From Patescibacteria group bacterium (lineage in GTDB: Bacteria > Patescibacteriota > Minisyncoccia > Phycocordibacterales > JACOZG01), in contig JBBTQW010000001.1 of NCBI GenBank assembly GCA_038065495.1, positions 44,137-108,136 of the forward strand: 64,000 nt of DNA, written 5' to 3'. Numbering within the stretch: position 1 is the first letter of the stretch; each line of letters begins with the position of its first letter. The translations under genes were made by a program, and so were the position numbers. The notes beneath the pieces were generated by a model. That model was given only the letters and a program-made list of their open reading frames with translations, was not told the DNA's origin and made no database searches. Positions 1 to 10,472 of the stretch are shown here, in pieces.

Positions 1-2486
1 TATAATCCACCACTCTTGTTTCCCCATTTTCGCCCAATTCTAATTTATCAATCTTGCCATTCAGTTTAATGTCACCCAAAAAAACGCCCCGCACGCTAAA
101 CTCATTCACTATTCTGTTTGGCCACTGATATTTATACCACTTCAAGTAACCACTCAAGGCTTTCTCGCCTTTCGTCAAACTAGCCGTAAAGTCAGACGGC
201 GAGAACGGTTGTTTCTCCAGATGATACTTAAACCGCGTCAGCAATTTTTCTTCTCGCCACTTCACATCTTCGCGGTATTGATCGAAAAATTCTTTGAGCG
301 TGCTGTGCACGGCTGTACCATAGAGCAAGTGCTTTTCTTGCACTTGCGTCAGTCGCAAAAGATTCTGGTAAAAATATTTGAGTGGACAGGACAGATAATT
401 ATTAAGATCTGTTACCGACATTCCTCTATCTAAGAATATTTTGTTGAGATAAGCTTTCTCGCTCAAACTAGATTTAATTACCGGCTTCATCTTCAGTGTT
501 TCAGCCGCTGAAATTTGCAAATCTTTTGGCTCTATAAATTCCACCAAGCTCTTGTCTATCTCTTCGATAAACTGACTAGCTAGTTGCGGTCGACCGTCCG
601 GCGTATGCTTAGCATAAGTGATACTCACGCTTTTTTTCGCCCTGGTAAGTGCAACATAAAATAATCTCCTTTCGCCATTCTCGTCTTCTGCTTCTTGTTT
701 GCTAAAGCTGCTACGCTTCCGCCGGTTACCGAAGTGGCCGTCGGTGGCGCCAATAATATACACGTGCTCGAATTCTAAACCTTTCGAGCGATGCGCCGTC
801 ATCAAGCGCACACCGCTCTGCGCGGCCAAGACAGTCTGATTCATGCCCAAGCTATGACGTTTTAACGTTTCTAAATAATCAATAAAATCGGCCAATCTAT
901 AATCGTGATGACTCCCCGCTAGTTCTCTGATTTCTTCATAAAAAGCTTGCACTTTGGCGAGCTTTTCTTCGGCTTGATCAGCTTTTAGCAAATAATTCAG
1001 CAAATTACTGTCTTCTAGCACGAGACTGAAAACGTCCAGCAAATTCTGATTATGGCCCGCACGATGCCACTTCTCTAACTTTTTATAAATCTCAACTAAT
1101 TCTTTATTTTTTGTTAACTTCAAATCCTGATAACTTTTTACTTTATAAACTTCCAGACTATCTAAACCCAAGAAATCTAAGCGCAAGAATCGCATCAGAA
1201 AGCTTTCAGAACCAAAGTGATGAATAGTCTCTAAAATCAAAATAATTTTGCTAATCGTGATGTCTTGCAAGAGATTAGTATTAGATTGCACCACAATCGC
1301 CACACTTTCTCGCTCCAGCGCGCGAGCAATGGCATCAGCATCAGCATTATCGCGATAAATCACGGCAATTTCGTCAGGACTTACTCCAGCTTTGATTTTC
1401 TCTTTAATCTCTTGCGCGAGAAAGTAATTTTCCAGATTAGTGTCACGCAGAGCGAGTACTTTAATTTTCTCAGGTAATAATTTATTCGCTGTTAATAATT
1501 TTCCCGAATCAATCAAGCTGTGCGCGGCGTCGAGAATAGTCTGATGCGAGCGATAGCTGTGCGTGAGCGAAATCAATTTCGCTTCTGGATAAAGCTTCTG
1601 GAAATAATTAAAATTGTCTAAGCTGGCACCTTGAAACTGGAAAATCGCCTGTTTCTCATCGCCCACGATAAACAAATTTGGACTCTGGTGAAAGTTAGAT
1701 AATAAAGCGAGCAGTTCATTTTGGCTCTGATTAGCATCTTGATGTTCGTCGGCCAGAATATAGAGAAACTCTTCTTGCAGTTTGCGCAAAAAGCTTTTTT
1801 TCTTTTTTAATACACTCAAGACTTCCATAATCATATCCGCAAAGTCGTACAGATTCTGCGCGCGCAACGCCTGCTCGTATTCGCGATAAATTAATGCCAG
1901 TTCTTGCTCTTTACTATTTTCTTCTACTTTATTCTCAGTAGATTTTAGATAATCAGTAAAATTAATATTATCTTTTTTTAAGCGCTCAATCTCGCTCAAC
2001 AAACTCGGCAAATAATAAAACGGTGCGCCATATGGTCGCAAAATTTTCAGCTTCAGTTTATCTTCCTGATCAGTGATGATTTTTTCTAAAATCTTGACCT
2101 GTGCCACGCGCGAGGCATTACTCGAGCCAATGATTCTGGGGAATTCTTCCGGATAATTCTGAATAATCTCATTACAGAAGCCGTGGAAAGTATTGATATT
2201 GACGCGATAACCCCGCGAGCCGATCAAACTCACCAAGCGCTCCCGCATGGAGTGCACGCCAGAATTGGTGAAAGTGAGCGCCAAGATGCCATCTGGCGGC
2301 GTATCAGTTTCGCGCAAGATATTCGCAATCCGCAAAGTCAAAACCTGCGTCTTGCCTGTGCCCGGGCCAGCCACGACCATCACTGGGCCTTCGATCGTAT
2401 CCACGGCCTCCTTCTGCGCCGGATTAAGCTTGTTATAAGCCAGTGAGAATTTATCAGAAATTTTGTCGAGATGGCGGTCAGGCATG
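1..2486 (-). CDS. UvrD/PcrA-family ATP-dependent DNA helicase with C-terminal PD-(D/E)xK (RecB-like) nuclease domain; partial, C-terminus runs off the left edge
   Basis: Minus-strand translation from ATG at 2486 gives MPDRHLDKISDKFSLAYNKLNPAQKEAVDTIEGPVMVVAGPGTGKTQVLT (Walker A), and later the motif VI stretch TAHRSKGLEFEHVYIIG...EERRLFYVALTRA. The distal part contains LNNYLSCPLKYFYQN, typical of the start of a RecB-type nuclease fold. No minus-strand stop occurs before position 1, so the ORF is absent from the track because it is edge-truncated. Confidence 0.85.
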
Positions 2487-2514
2487 ATGGCTAGATTATA
2501 GCAAATCTGCTAGA

Positions 2515-2976
2515 ATGCCGATTATGTTACACGAAAAAATCAAAAGTGAAGTGAAGCAAGCAATGCTGGAGAAGAATCAGGTCAAGCTGGGCGTGGTGCG
2601 GGGTCTGCTCGCCGCTTTTACGAATGAGTTAGTAAACTTAAAGCGCAAACCGGATGAGTTTCTCGATGACGAGACGGTAATATCAGTCATCAGGCGCGAA
2701 GCGAAAAAGCGCAAAGATTCTATTACGCAATTTGAGGCGGGCGGACGCGCCGATCTAGCTGATGCCGAAAAAGCGGAATTAGTTTTTATCGAAGTTTATT
2801 TGCCGCAACTCATGAGTCGCGATGAGATCAAAAAAATTGCGGAAAGTAAAAAAACAGAATTAGGCGTGAGTAGCAAGGCTGATGCTGGTAAATTTACTGG
2901 CGCGCTGATGAAGGAACTGAAAGGCAAGGCTGACGGCGGTGATGTGAAGGCCGTGGTGGACGAGTTATTGGCTTAA
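2515..2976 (+). CDS. yqeY: GatB/YqeY domain protein
   Basis: 153-aa ORF with typical YqeY sequence (LKEAMKaK..., RREAKKRKDSI..., LSRDEIKKIAE, KGKADGGxV). Confidence 0.8.
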   Translation: MPIMLHEKIKSEVKQAMLEKNQVKLGVVRGLLAAFTNELVNLKRKPDEFLDDETVISVIRREAKKRKDSITQFEAGGRADLADAEKAELVFIEVYLPQLMSRDEIKKIAESKKTELGVSSKADAGKFTGALMKELKGKADGGDVKAVVDELLA

Positions 2977-3031
2977 TTTAAAATAAAAAAAAGAAACCCG
3001 CTCGCGATGCATGACACATCGGGAACGGGTT
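2972..3031 (-). terminator. Rho-independent terminator (nested hairpin AACCCG...CGGGTT plus T-run on minus strand)
   Basis: aagaaacccgctcgcgatgcatgacacatcgggaacgggtt is preceded on the plus strand by an A-run, which is a T-run on the minus strand. It sits directly after the stop of the 3034..3738 gene. Confidence 0.6.
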
Positions 3032-3033
3032 CT

Positions 3034-3738
3034 TCAGCCCACAAGCGCCAGGACGATGTCACCGGCCTCGTGCTTACCATAAGCTGGAAAGAAGAAAAGA
3101 TTGAGAATCTTCTTCGTGCTCCACTTACCCAGAGCCAAGATATACTCTGTCTTGTCTTCTGTGCCGTCAGCAATCCCGAGGAAGCGACCATTGAGCGGAC
3201 ACTCCCTGTGATAGCGACTCATGAACTTAAGCAAGTGAACCGCCCGTGCTGGCCGAGCACCACGGAGCGCAAGCCATCTAACAATCTCGTCATTGGTCAT
3301 GTCGTCTCGGTCTAAGATGAAGAGCCGACAAGACACAATCTGACCGGCCTCTACGGTGTATGAGAACTCTTTCTGAAGAAGCTCACACTGTGTCACTGCC
3401 CGAGGGGCCTCAATTCCTGAAATTGGCCAGTTCCTGGCTGCCGTCTCGCCCGAAGATAGGTCGAGATAGAAAAGCTGCTCCTGAATCACCTCGGTCCAGA
3501 GAACAATCTGATTAGCTGGTGATTCTTGGGCCGATACCGGCGTCACCGCCACTGGTGGTGACAGAAACAGAACTCTCGCCTCAACCTTCTTCATTGGCAG
3601 AGCCGGCTGGACTCGCCGACCGAGACCGGTCAGACGATGAAGCAACCGATGCATCGGTAACCCCAGCCAATGAGGCCAGTGCCGAATCGTTCGGCTAATC
3701 TTGGTCGCCAGAGAAGCAATCAGAACATTGGTCTGCAC
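3034..3738 (-). CDS. hypothetical protein (Arg-rich N-terminus); GTG start
   Basis: 234-aa ORF with GTG start preceded by a strong SD (AAAGGAGGTGA, 5-nt spacer). A nested hairpin plus T-run terminator sits immediately after its stop. GC is visibly higher than the neighbours. No recognisable domain. Confidence 0.6.
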   Translation of the reverse strand: MQTNVLIASLATKISRTIRHWPHWLGLPMHRLLHRLTGLGRRVQPALPMKKVEARVLFLSPPVAVTPVSAQESPANQIVLWTEVIQEQLFYLDLSSGETAARNWPISGIEAPRAVTQCELLQKEFSYTVEAGQIVSCRLFILDRDDMTNDEIVRWLALRGARPARAVHLLKFMSRYHRECPLNGRFLGIADGTEDKTEYILALGKWSTKKILNLFFFPAYGKHEAGDIVLALVG

Positions 3739-3788
3739 AAGTCACCTCCTTTCGGGAGAGTAAAAGACCAGTCCAATTCCAGCCTACT

Positions 3789-4613
3789 CTACTCTATCTC
3801 GTAACGCAAGGTCACAGACACACGCACTTCTTGCGAACCGGGCTGGATGCTTGGCGCTGGAGCGGCCGCCATACCAAGATCGCGACTCGCCTCCATGCTA
3901 TAAATTTTGGTCATTGGATAATCCATACCACCTTCGTCGATACCCAATAATTCTCCAAGCGAGAAACCGGCCGCTTTGGCAATTGACTTAGCCTTAACCT
4001 TGGCCTCCGCAATGGCTTGAGCGCGAGCTTCGTTCTCGGCTGTCACTGGATCATCAATCGTAAAGTCGAGTTGCGAGACCGAGTTAGCGCCTTGTTTGAT
4101 TACACCCGAGAGCGCCTCGCCGATTTTACTAAAATTATCTTGGCGCACTTTCACCGAAACTGTCTGACTAATGGAGTAGCCAACGATCTCTGGCGGCGGA
4201 CAAGTCTGATTGAAACCGTCTGGACGAAAACCGCAATTGGCCGTCTCATAGCGCGGTGAGAGATTGTAACTCTCGGTCTTAATATCTTTCTCATCTAGCC
4301 CCTGATCTTTTAAGAATTTGATGGCTTTATTAACTTTCTCAGTATTGCTTGTCTGCAGTTTGCTAATATCGGTATCGCCCTCGGTGATTACGCTAAACGT
4401 GAACTTAGCGACGTCTGGCACCACCACCACCTTGCCCTCACCACTAGCCGAGAAGCTGCGGAAAGAGGCTGGCTGGATGGAACGCGCATAAGCGCTCACA
4501 TAACGCCAAGCGGAAAAAGCCACTAATAAAATGCTAATAATCAAAACCCAGCCCAAATAATTCTTTAATTTTTCAGTCATGTTCCACATTATAGCTTTTT
4601 TACTTCTAAACAC
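3789..4613 (-). CDS. SIMPL/DUF541-family periplasmic protein (YggE-like), N-terminal TM anchor
   Basis: 274-aa ORF. An N-terminal hydrophobic segment is followed by a SIMPL-like region (...SISQTVSVKVRQ...IAEAKVKAKSIAKAAGFSLGELLGIDEGG...). The start is ambiguous between 4613, 4589 and 4580. Confidence 0.75.
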   Translation of the reverse strand: MFRSKKAIMWNMTEKLKNYLGWVLIISILLVAFSAWRYVSAYARSIQPASFRSFSASGEGKVVVVPDVAKFTFSVITEGDTDISKLQTSNTEKVNKAIKFLKDQGLDEKDIKTESYNLSPRYETANCGFRPDGFNQTCPPPEIVGYSISQTVSVKVRQDNFSKIGEALSGVIKQGANSVSQLDFTIDDPVTAENEARAQAIAEAKVKAKSIAKAAGFSLGELLGIDEGGMDYPMTKIYSMEASRDLGMAAAPAPSIQPGSQEVRVSVTLRYEIE

Positions 4614-5359
4614 AAGAACAAGGGAAATTCATGTCTCGCGCTATTTTCTGCCTTTTGCCTTGGGCCAGATTCACTTTCGCGATGCGAGATCCACTCCTCT
4701 AATCTCGTGACCGCCAAGCCAGCACTAGCGATGAGCTTGAAATAATACTGCAACGGTCTATGAAAAGAAACTGTTTTCTCGCTGGCTGTCTGACTGCCCG
4801 GATGCATGAGGATTTCTGTCTTGCTCTCACTCATGTATTTATCCAGCCGACGAGCTTGCGTTTTCATTACATCATCCCAGAGCCAAGAACTAGCGCCAGC
4901 AATCCGGAACGCCGGATGGTTCAACACCAGAATTATTTTCCCTGACTTTTTCACTACTCTGTTTATTTCACTAAAAACTAATTTAATATTCTCAATATTT
5001 TGCACTGCCAGCACGCAGATTATTTTATCAAAACTGTTACTTTCTAAACTCGCTAAACTTTCTGCATTAGCAATAAGATATTTTATATTTTTGAAATTTT
5101 TACTATTTTCTTGCGCTAGTTTTACCAATTCAGAAGAAATATCAGCACCAACTATTTCTACTCCACCAACTCTCGCCATTTCGCGAGAGAAAAAACCCGA
5201 ACCACAAGCTAAGTCTAAAACTTTCTCGCCACTTTTTAAGTCCAGCAAGCGCAACAAATTTGGCAGAATTACTTGTTTCTGATAAGTGTCTGGATTCTGC
5301 TCGAGATGATCGTCGTACCAATCAGCGACATTGCCCCAAGAAGTGTTATTTTTTACCAT
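4589..5359 (-). CDS. class I SAM-dependent methyltransferase (Methyltransf_11-like)
   Basis: 256 aa with the VLDLACGSGFFSREMA glycine-rich SAM motif and a DKIICVLAVQNIEN motif II region. Confidence 0.85.
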   Translation of the reverse strand: MVKNNTSWGNVADWYDDHLEQNPDTYQKQVILPNLLRLLDLKSGEKVLDLACGSGFFSREMARVGGVEIVGADISSELVKLAQENSKNFKNIKYLIANAESLASLESNSFDKIICVLAVQNIENIKLVFSEINRVVKKSGKIILVLNHPAFRIAGASSWLWDDVMKTQARRLDKYMSESKTEILMHPGSQTASEKTVSFHRPLQYYFKLIASAGLAVTRLEEWISHRESESGPRQKAENSARHEFPLFLCLEVKKL

Positions 5360-5966
5360 GTTTTTTACGCCACCAGAAGAAGACGAGAATTGCGAGTAAA
5401 ATTATCAGTCCCAAATCTTCTAGTTTATTGAAATACTGACTGTATTTGTAGAAAGCGCCGCCGATTTGCCAGCCAAAGAAGCTCACCACGTAAGCGCGAA
5501 CCACGATACCAAAAAAAGTCAGTAAAATATATCTAGTCACTGGCAAGCGTGTGAGGCCAGAAAAGATATTAATCACCACGCTCGGGATTACTGGCACCAA
5601 GCGCAAGCCGAAGAACACCAACTCATCCGCCCGACCACGATGAAACCGGCCCTGCAACTGCTCGATCTCGAGCCAACTCACGCCCACATAGCGCCCCCAA
5701 CGCTCAATCGCCGGCTTGCCGAGGCGATAAGCCAAGCCGTAAGTGACCAGCGAGCCAAGCGTCAGCCCCAGCGCGACCGGGATAGCCACTTGAGTAAGTA
5801 GCGCGAGCAGAGAAGCGCCGGAGATAGCCTGCGCGCCGAGGATAAAAAATCCCGCCGAGAGCATCACTAATGCTGACGGAATCGGCACAATCACCTCTTC
5901 CGTAAAAGCCGCTAAGAAAGCGCCGAGCGCGCCATAATGCGTAATCCAATCAGCCAAGTGTTGCAT
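5346..5966 (-). CDS. DedA/VTT-domain family membrane protein
   Basis: The ORF extends to 6092, but the conserved DedA core begins at MQHLADWITHYGALGAFLAAFTEEVIVPIPS (start 5966). A TATAAT-like element lies just upstream. Downstream motifs YxLGKPAIERWGRYVG and FGLRLVPVIPSVV are typical of DedA. Confidence 0.8.
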   Translation of the reverse strand: MQHLADWITHYGALGAFLAAFTEEVIVPIPSALVMLSAGFFILGAQAISGASLLALLTQVAIPVALGLTLGSLVTYGLAYRLGKPAIERWGRYVGVSWLEIEQLQGRFHRGRADELVFFGLRLVPVIPSVVINIFSGLTRLPVTRYILLTFFGIVVRAYVVSFFGWQIGGAFYKYSQYFNKLEDLGLIILLAILVFFWWRKKHGKK

Positions 5967-6088
5967 GAGAATGAGATTATAACACGATTTTAGACAATCC
6001 TCCTTCGCCAAGGCTTCGGCGAGATAAAGAAAAAAGGCGCATCCAGTTGGACGCGCCCCACCACTTGCGTGGGTTTTCGATCTTTCAT

Positions 6089-6385
6089 TCATTGACTGCG
6101 AATGGTTGCTCCCTTAAACAACCAGCCCGTAAAGACTTCCACCGTCACCCGCTTGCCCACAGGATTGGTCGCCTCTGCGGTGAATCTGGCCGCATCGCTA
6201 TCACTACCTCCGCGGACGCCGATCGCGAACCACGAATGGTCAACAATTTTGATATCGCTGAAACCACTTGTCTCAAGTGCCTTGATTGCGACCTGATCGC
6301 TTACCGTGCACCCGCGACACGACATCAGCGCGACAAGGACAACGATTACGACAACAACGACAACACTGAACCTGTCGATATTCAC
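6089..6385 (-). CDS. small secreted/membrane-anchored hypothetical protein
   Basis: 98 aa with a hydrophobic N-terminus (VVVVVIVVLVALMSCRGC), a good SD (GAAGGAGAAGAATC-GTG/ATG) and consensus promoter module copy P1 upstream. Confidence 0.55.
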   Translation of the reverse strand: MNIDRFSVVVVVVIVVLVALMSCRGCTVSDQVAIKALETSGFSDIKIVDHSWFAIGVRGGSDSDAARFTAEATNPVGKRVTVEVFTGWLFKGATIRSQ

Positions 6386-6458
6386 GATTCTTCTCCTTCA
6401 GAAAAAGTGTTTTACTTGTTTTCAAGGTCCTAGAACAATCTAGTGCCTTCCAACCTCC

Positions 6459-6486
6459 ATTATAGCAAATGGGTAGAAATTGTCAA
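6459..6486 (-). promoter_or_regulatory. sigma70 consensus promoter module P1 (TTGACA-16-TATAAT, then GGAGGTTGG)
   Basis: Reverse complement reads ttgacaatttctacccatttgcTATAATggaggttgg. It drives the 6089..6385 gene. Confidence 0.6.
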
Positions 6487-6550
6487 GGAGCAAAAAAAGC
6501 CTTATTCTTAGGCCTCTTTTAGATCTCAATTTTCGAGTTTCTAACGGGAT

Positions 6551-7282
6551 TTATGATTCCAATGATTGCCCCAAGAACACTTTCTCCAATATCCCCCGCG
6601 CCAGCAAATCTGCTGGCACACCCTCCACCACCACTTTACCTTTATCCAGCACATAAGCCCTCGTAGCGATGCTCGCGAGCGATTGCAAATTATGCTCCAC
6701 CACCACAATCGCCATCTGCCGCGCTTCGTTAATTTCTTTTATTTTTGCAAAAACTTCTTTGACAATCTTTGGCGCCAAGCCCAAGCTCGGCTCATCTAAG
6801 AGCAAAATTTCTGGCTCGCACATCAAGCCGCGCGCAATTGCGAGCATCTGTTGCTGGCCACCAGAGAGGCTACCAGACTTGGCTTTTAATTTAGTCTTCA
6901 AAGCCGGGAAAAGTTCTAAAACACCAGCTAATCTCTCAGCAATTAACTTTTTATCCTTGACCTGCCAGGCGCCGAGCTCTAGATTCTCCGCCACGGTCAA
7001 GTGCCGGAACACGCGCCGGCCTTGCGGCACGAAGGCGATACCCCGCGCCGTCATCTGGTGTGAGACTGGCTGGATCGCCTGCCCGCGCCAGCGCACTGTG
7101 CCCGTATCGATTGGCGCCAGACCAAAGATCGCCTTGAGCACCGTGCTCTTGCCCGCGCCGTTCGGGCCCATCAGCGCCACAATCTCACCCTCATCAGCCG
7201 TCACGCTGGCACCATCCAGTGCCCGCACGCCGCCATAATGGACGTGAACACCAGCGAGTTGTAACAGAGTTTCGGTAGGCAT
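6551..7282 (-). CDS. livF: branched-chain amino acid ABC transporter ATP-binding protein (LivF-type)
   Basis: 243 aa with Walker A GPNGAGKST, ABC signature LSGGQQQ and Walker B ILLLDEP. Confidence 0.9.
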   Translation of the reverse strand: MPTETLLQLAGVHVHYGGVRALDGASVTADEGEIVALMGPNGAGKSTVLKAIFGLAPIDTGTVRWRGQAIQPVSHQMTARGIAFVPQGRRVFRHLTVAENLELGAWQVKDKKLIAERLAGVLELFPALKTKLKAKSGSLSGGQQQMLAIARGLMCEPEILLLDEPSLGLAPKIVKEVFAKIKEINEARQMAIVVVEHNLQSLASIATRAYVLDKGKVVVEGVPADLLARGILEKVFLGQSLES

Positions 7283-7288
7283 TAGAAA

Positions 7289-8416
7289 CTATTCGTACGG
7301 GACATATTTACCATCACGAGCAACTTTTACGCTAGTTTGATCGTTAATGTCGCCGTTGTTGTCAAAATTGATCTGATACGATAAGCCGGGAAAATCAGAC
7401 AGGTCGTCTAATTGCTTCTTAATACATTCTCCAGAATAAGCGCTGTTCTGACAAGCTTCGCCAACAAACGAGAGAATCTTGATCGCATCGTAGTGACGCA
7501 AAGTGAGATAACTAAGAAAATCCTGACCGTAACTCTTCTGATATTCTTCGGCAAATTTAGCTGAGGTTTTATTAGTAGGAGCAGTCACTAGCAAGCCCTC
7601 GGCGGCAGATCCAGCTGTCGAAAATAACTCCGGAACATCACAGGGTTGCCCGCACATCATTGGCACTTTAATCCCCAACTCTTTGGCTTGTTTTAGGATC
7701 GTGCCAGCCTCACGATAGAGAGTAGCCAAGAAAATGCCATCCGGATTAGCCGCCTTGACCTTGGCCAGTTGCGCCCGATAATCCGACTGACCAGGAGCGG
7801 AACTTTCTTCCGCGACAATAGTGGCTCTATTGGCCGCATACTTCTTGAACGCGGCTAGAGCGCCAGTGCCATAGTCACTATTGAGATAAAGCACTGCGAT
7901 TTTCTTCTTACCAAGCTTATCGATAAGCACATCTGCCGTGAGTTCAGCCTCTTTATCCGCCGTACCCACAATGCGAAAAGCGTAATCATCCGGGGTCGAA
8001 TAAGCTGGAGCAGCTGTCAACGCGAGCATTGGAACTTGGTCTTGGTTAACGATCGGGATCAGAGGCATCGCGGCTGGACTGCCAAACACCACAACCACAT
8101 CCACCTTGTTTAACGTCCGCAGTTTATTGTAAGCACTTAGAGCCACTTTTGAATCATAAGCATTGTCCTCAAAAATCACTTCGACCTTCTTCCCTTCAGC
8201 TAGTAAATCTTTCACCGCCAATTCCACGCCCTGCTTGGCAAATTCCCCAGCACTAGCAATCGGTCCAGTCAGCGGCAAAATCGCGCCAATTTTAATTACC
8301 TTTTCAGTGGTAGGAGTGACTGGTGTTACTGAATCTTTCTTCACCAAACAAGAAATCCCCCAGATCACCAGAGCAATCACAACTATCCAGAGCACGATTT
8401 TTGTGGTTTTGTTCAT
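7289..8416 (-). CDS. ABC transporter substrate-binding protein, LivK/Peripla_BP_6 family, N-terminal TM anchor (paralog 1)
   Basis: 375 aa. A TM helix is followed by IKIGAILPLTGPIASAGEFAKQGVELAVKDL..., the Leu/Ile/Val-binding protein family signature. Confidence 0.85.
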   Translation of the reverse strand: MNKTTKIVLWIVVIALVIWGISCLVKKDSVTPVTPTTEKVIKIGAILPLTGPIASAGEFAKQGVELAVKDLLAEGKKVEVIFEDNAYDSKVALSAYNKLRTLNKVDVVVVFGSPAAMPLIPIVNQDQVPMLALTAAPAYSTPDDYAFRIVGTADKEAELTADVLIDKLGKKKIAVLYLNSDYGTGALAAFKKYAANRATIVAEESSAPGQSDYRAQLAKVKAANPDGIFLATLYREAGTILKQAKELGIKVPMMCGQPCDVPELFSTAGSAAEGLLVTAPTNKTSAKFAEEYQKSYGQDFLSYLTLRHYDAIKILSFVGEACQNSAYSGECIKKQLDDLSDFPGLSYQINFDNNGDINDQTSVKVARDGKYVPYE

Positions 8417-8505
8417 GAGTTTAAATTTGGCTTAAATTTTTAACAGCCAAATTCTAGCAAACTAGCGCCTATTAGCCAAGAGTCGAAGCAGAGTCTCGGT
8501 GGGCA

Positions 8506-9675
8506 TTAGTTATTCATCGGCAGAAATGTCTCCTTTCCGTCTATGACCTGCGTCAAAGCTAGAGCATATGTGGGTTTGTGATCTGAACCAAAAATGATTC
8601 GTCCAGCAACACCATCCCAAGTGGTTGCCCGCTTGAAATAATCTCGTAGACATTCAACCTCTTGATTGCCACAAGATTCGATAGCCGCCTTCAGACGGAA
8701 CGGCATATCGTAAACCAGTGCAATCAAATGGTTGTTAAATGCAATAGGACGACCATATTTCGCTTCGTAATTAGCCAGAAAATTTATTGCTACGGATTTT
8801 TCTCGGTCAAAGAGCCCGCCAAAAGCAAAGTGCTTTGGCGGCAAATAACCACCAGTAACTTCCATGATCTTCTTAGCACTAAAGGCGGCGTTAAAGGCTG
8901 TGGGCCTCTCCACACCCAACTCTTTAAGTTGCTTCACAATAAGGCCCATTGTTTCTGGTCCTTGAGTGCCGATCAAGATTCCATCAAAAGTATGTGTTTT
9001 TAACTTTTGAACGATTGTGCGGAAATCATTTACCCCCGGAGAAAAACTCTCATCAAAAACTACTACTCCCCCAGCAGCCTGAAAAGCGGTCTTAAAATTC
9101 TCAGAGAAATCTACCGCGAATTCTTTCTTCTCGGTGATAACAGCGATACTTTTGATATCTTGACCAAAAACATATTTAGCACCCTCTTGGGCATAATAGC
9201 TACTGGGCACAGAGTTACGAAAAACCCATTCCCCTTCATTGGGAATGTTCGATACTGACGTAAGATTGGCAAGGACCAAAACTTTGTCTACAGATGATTG
9301 TGGAGCGATTGTCATCGTCTCGGTCGAGCAATGACCACCCAAAATAACACTGACCTTATCGCTGTTAACCAGTTTTTGCCAGGCATTAATAGCCGACTTA
9401 CCGTCACATTTCCCATCTTCGACAATCATCTCAAATGACCGGCCCAGTACTCCACCACTGCTGTTAATTTCCTCGACCGCCAGAAGAATTGCATTCCTAG
9501 CATCCTCACCATAAATTGCCGCCGTCCCCGATAGTGGCGCAATCACCCCAATCTTAATCGGCTCGGCAGAAATAGCCGGAGCTGGGGCTGGCTCTGTTTT
9601 GCCGCTTTTGCTAACCCAAACCCCCAAGCCAATAACTACTAAAATAACCACAATCCAGCCGATGATTTTGTTCAT
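8506..9675 (-). CDS. ABC transporter substrate-binding protein, LivK/Peripla_BP_6 family (paralog 2)
   Basis: 389 aa with IKIGVIAPLSGTAAIYGEDARNAILLAVEEINSSGGVLGR. Confidence 0.85.
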   Translation of the reverse strand: MNKIIGWIVVILVVIGLGVWVSKSGKTEPAPAPAISAEPIKIGVIAPLSGTAAIYGEDARNAILLAVEEINSSGGVLGRSFEMIVEDGKCDGKSAINAWQKLVNSDKVSVILGGHCSTETMTIAPQSSVDKVLVLANLTSVSNIPNEGEWVFRNSVPSSYYAQEGAKYVFGQDIKSIAVITEKKEFAVDFSENFKTAFQAAGGVVVFDESFSPGVNDFRTIVQKLKTHTFDGILIGTQGPETMGLIVKQLKELGVERPTAFNAAFSAKKIMEVTGGYLPPKHFAFGGLFDREKSVAINFLANYEAKYGRPIAFNNHLIALVYDMPFRLKAAIESCGNQEVECLRDYFKRATTWDGVAGRIIFGSDHKPTYALALTQVIDGKETFLPMNN

Positions 9676-9722
9676 ATTTTATTTGTTAATTTCTAATTTA
9701 TCAAAATCCTAGCACAAGCTGA

Positions 9723-10472
9723 TTATTCTCCCAAATACGCCTCCACTACCTCTCGCTGCGCCAGCACCGCACTTGGCTCGCCCTCGGCGAGCAACTGACC
9801 GGAATCCAGCACAATCACGCGATCCGAAAGTTGCCGAATCAGCTCCATATTATGCTCGATCAAGATCACGACTTTATTTTGCTGTTTTAAATCTTGCAAC
9901 ACATTCGTCACAATTTTGATCATCTCGGGGAAAAGTCCGGCAAATGGTTCGTCGAAAAGAAAGATTTGAATCGGGAAAGTCTGCGCCATCGCGAGCACGC
10001 GCGCGATTTCCAACAATTTTCTCTGTCCGTACGAGAGATTAATCGCCAGTTCGCCATGTTTGCTCCACAAATTTACTTTTTCTAAAACCTCGCGCGCTCG
10101 AGCTAAGTGCAGATTGTTATGCTTTTCAAATAGTGCGCTAAAAACTGGTCTGTCTGTTAGGACTACCAAAATATTATCCAGCACACTCATTTGTTCAAAA
10201 AGTCGCACATCCTGAAAAGTCCGGGTAATCCCGTAACTCGGCACTTGCGCTATCTCTACTTTCTTTAACTTCGTCCGTTCCAGAACTACAATTTCCCCAC
10301 CATCTAGCGGCAAAACGCCGGTAAGCAAATTCACCAGCGTACTCTTGCCCGAGCCGTTGGGTCCAATGATGCTGGTAATCTGCCCGGCGGCAAACTGGAG
10401 CGACAAGTGATCCACCGCGTGCACGGCATCAAACTTCTTTACTAGATTGTGAGTGGAGAGGATGGGAGGCAT
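9723..10472 (-). CDS. livG: branched-chain amino acid ABC transporter ATP-binding protein (LivG-type)
   Basis: 249 aa with GPNGSGKST, LSYGQRKLLEIAR and FLFDEP. It shares a start/stop junction with the upstream SBP gene. Confidence 0.9.
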   Translation of the reverse strand: MPPILSTHNLVKKFDAVHAVDHLSLQFAAGQITSIIGPNGSGKSTLVNLLTGVLPLDGGEIVVLERTKLKKVEIAQVPSYGITRTFQDVRLFEQMSVLDNILVVLTDRPVFSALFEKHNNLHLARAREVLEKVNLWSKHGELAINLSYGQRKLLEIARVLAMAQTFPIQIFLFDEPFAGLFPEMIKIVTNVLQDLKQQNKVVILIEHNMELIRQLSDRVIVLDSGQLLAEGEPSAVLAQREVVEAYLGE

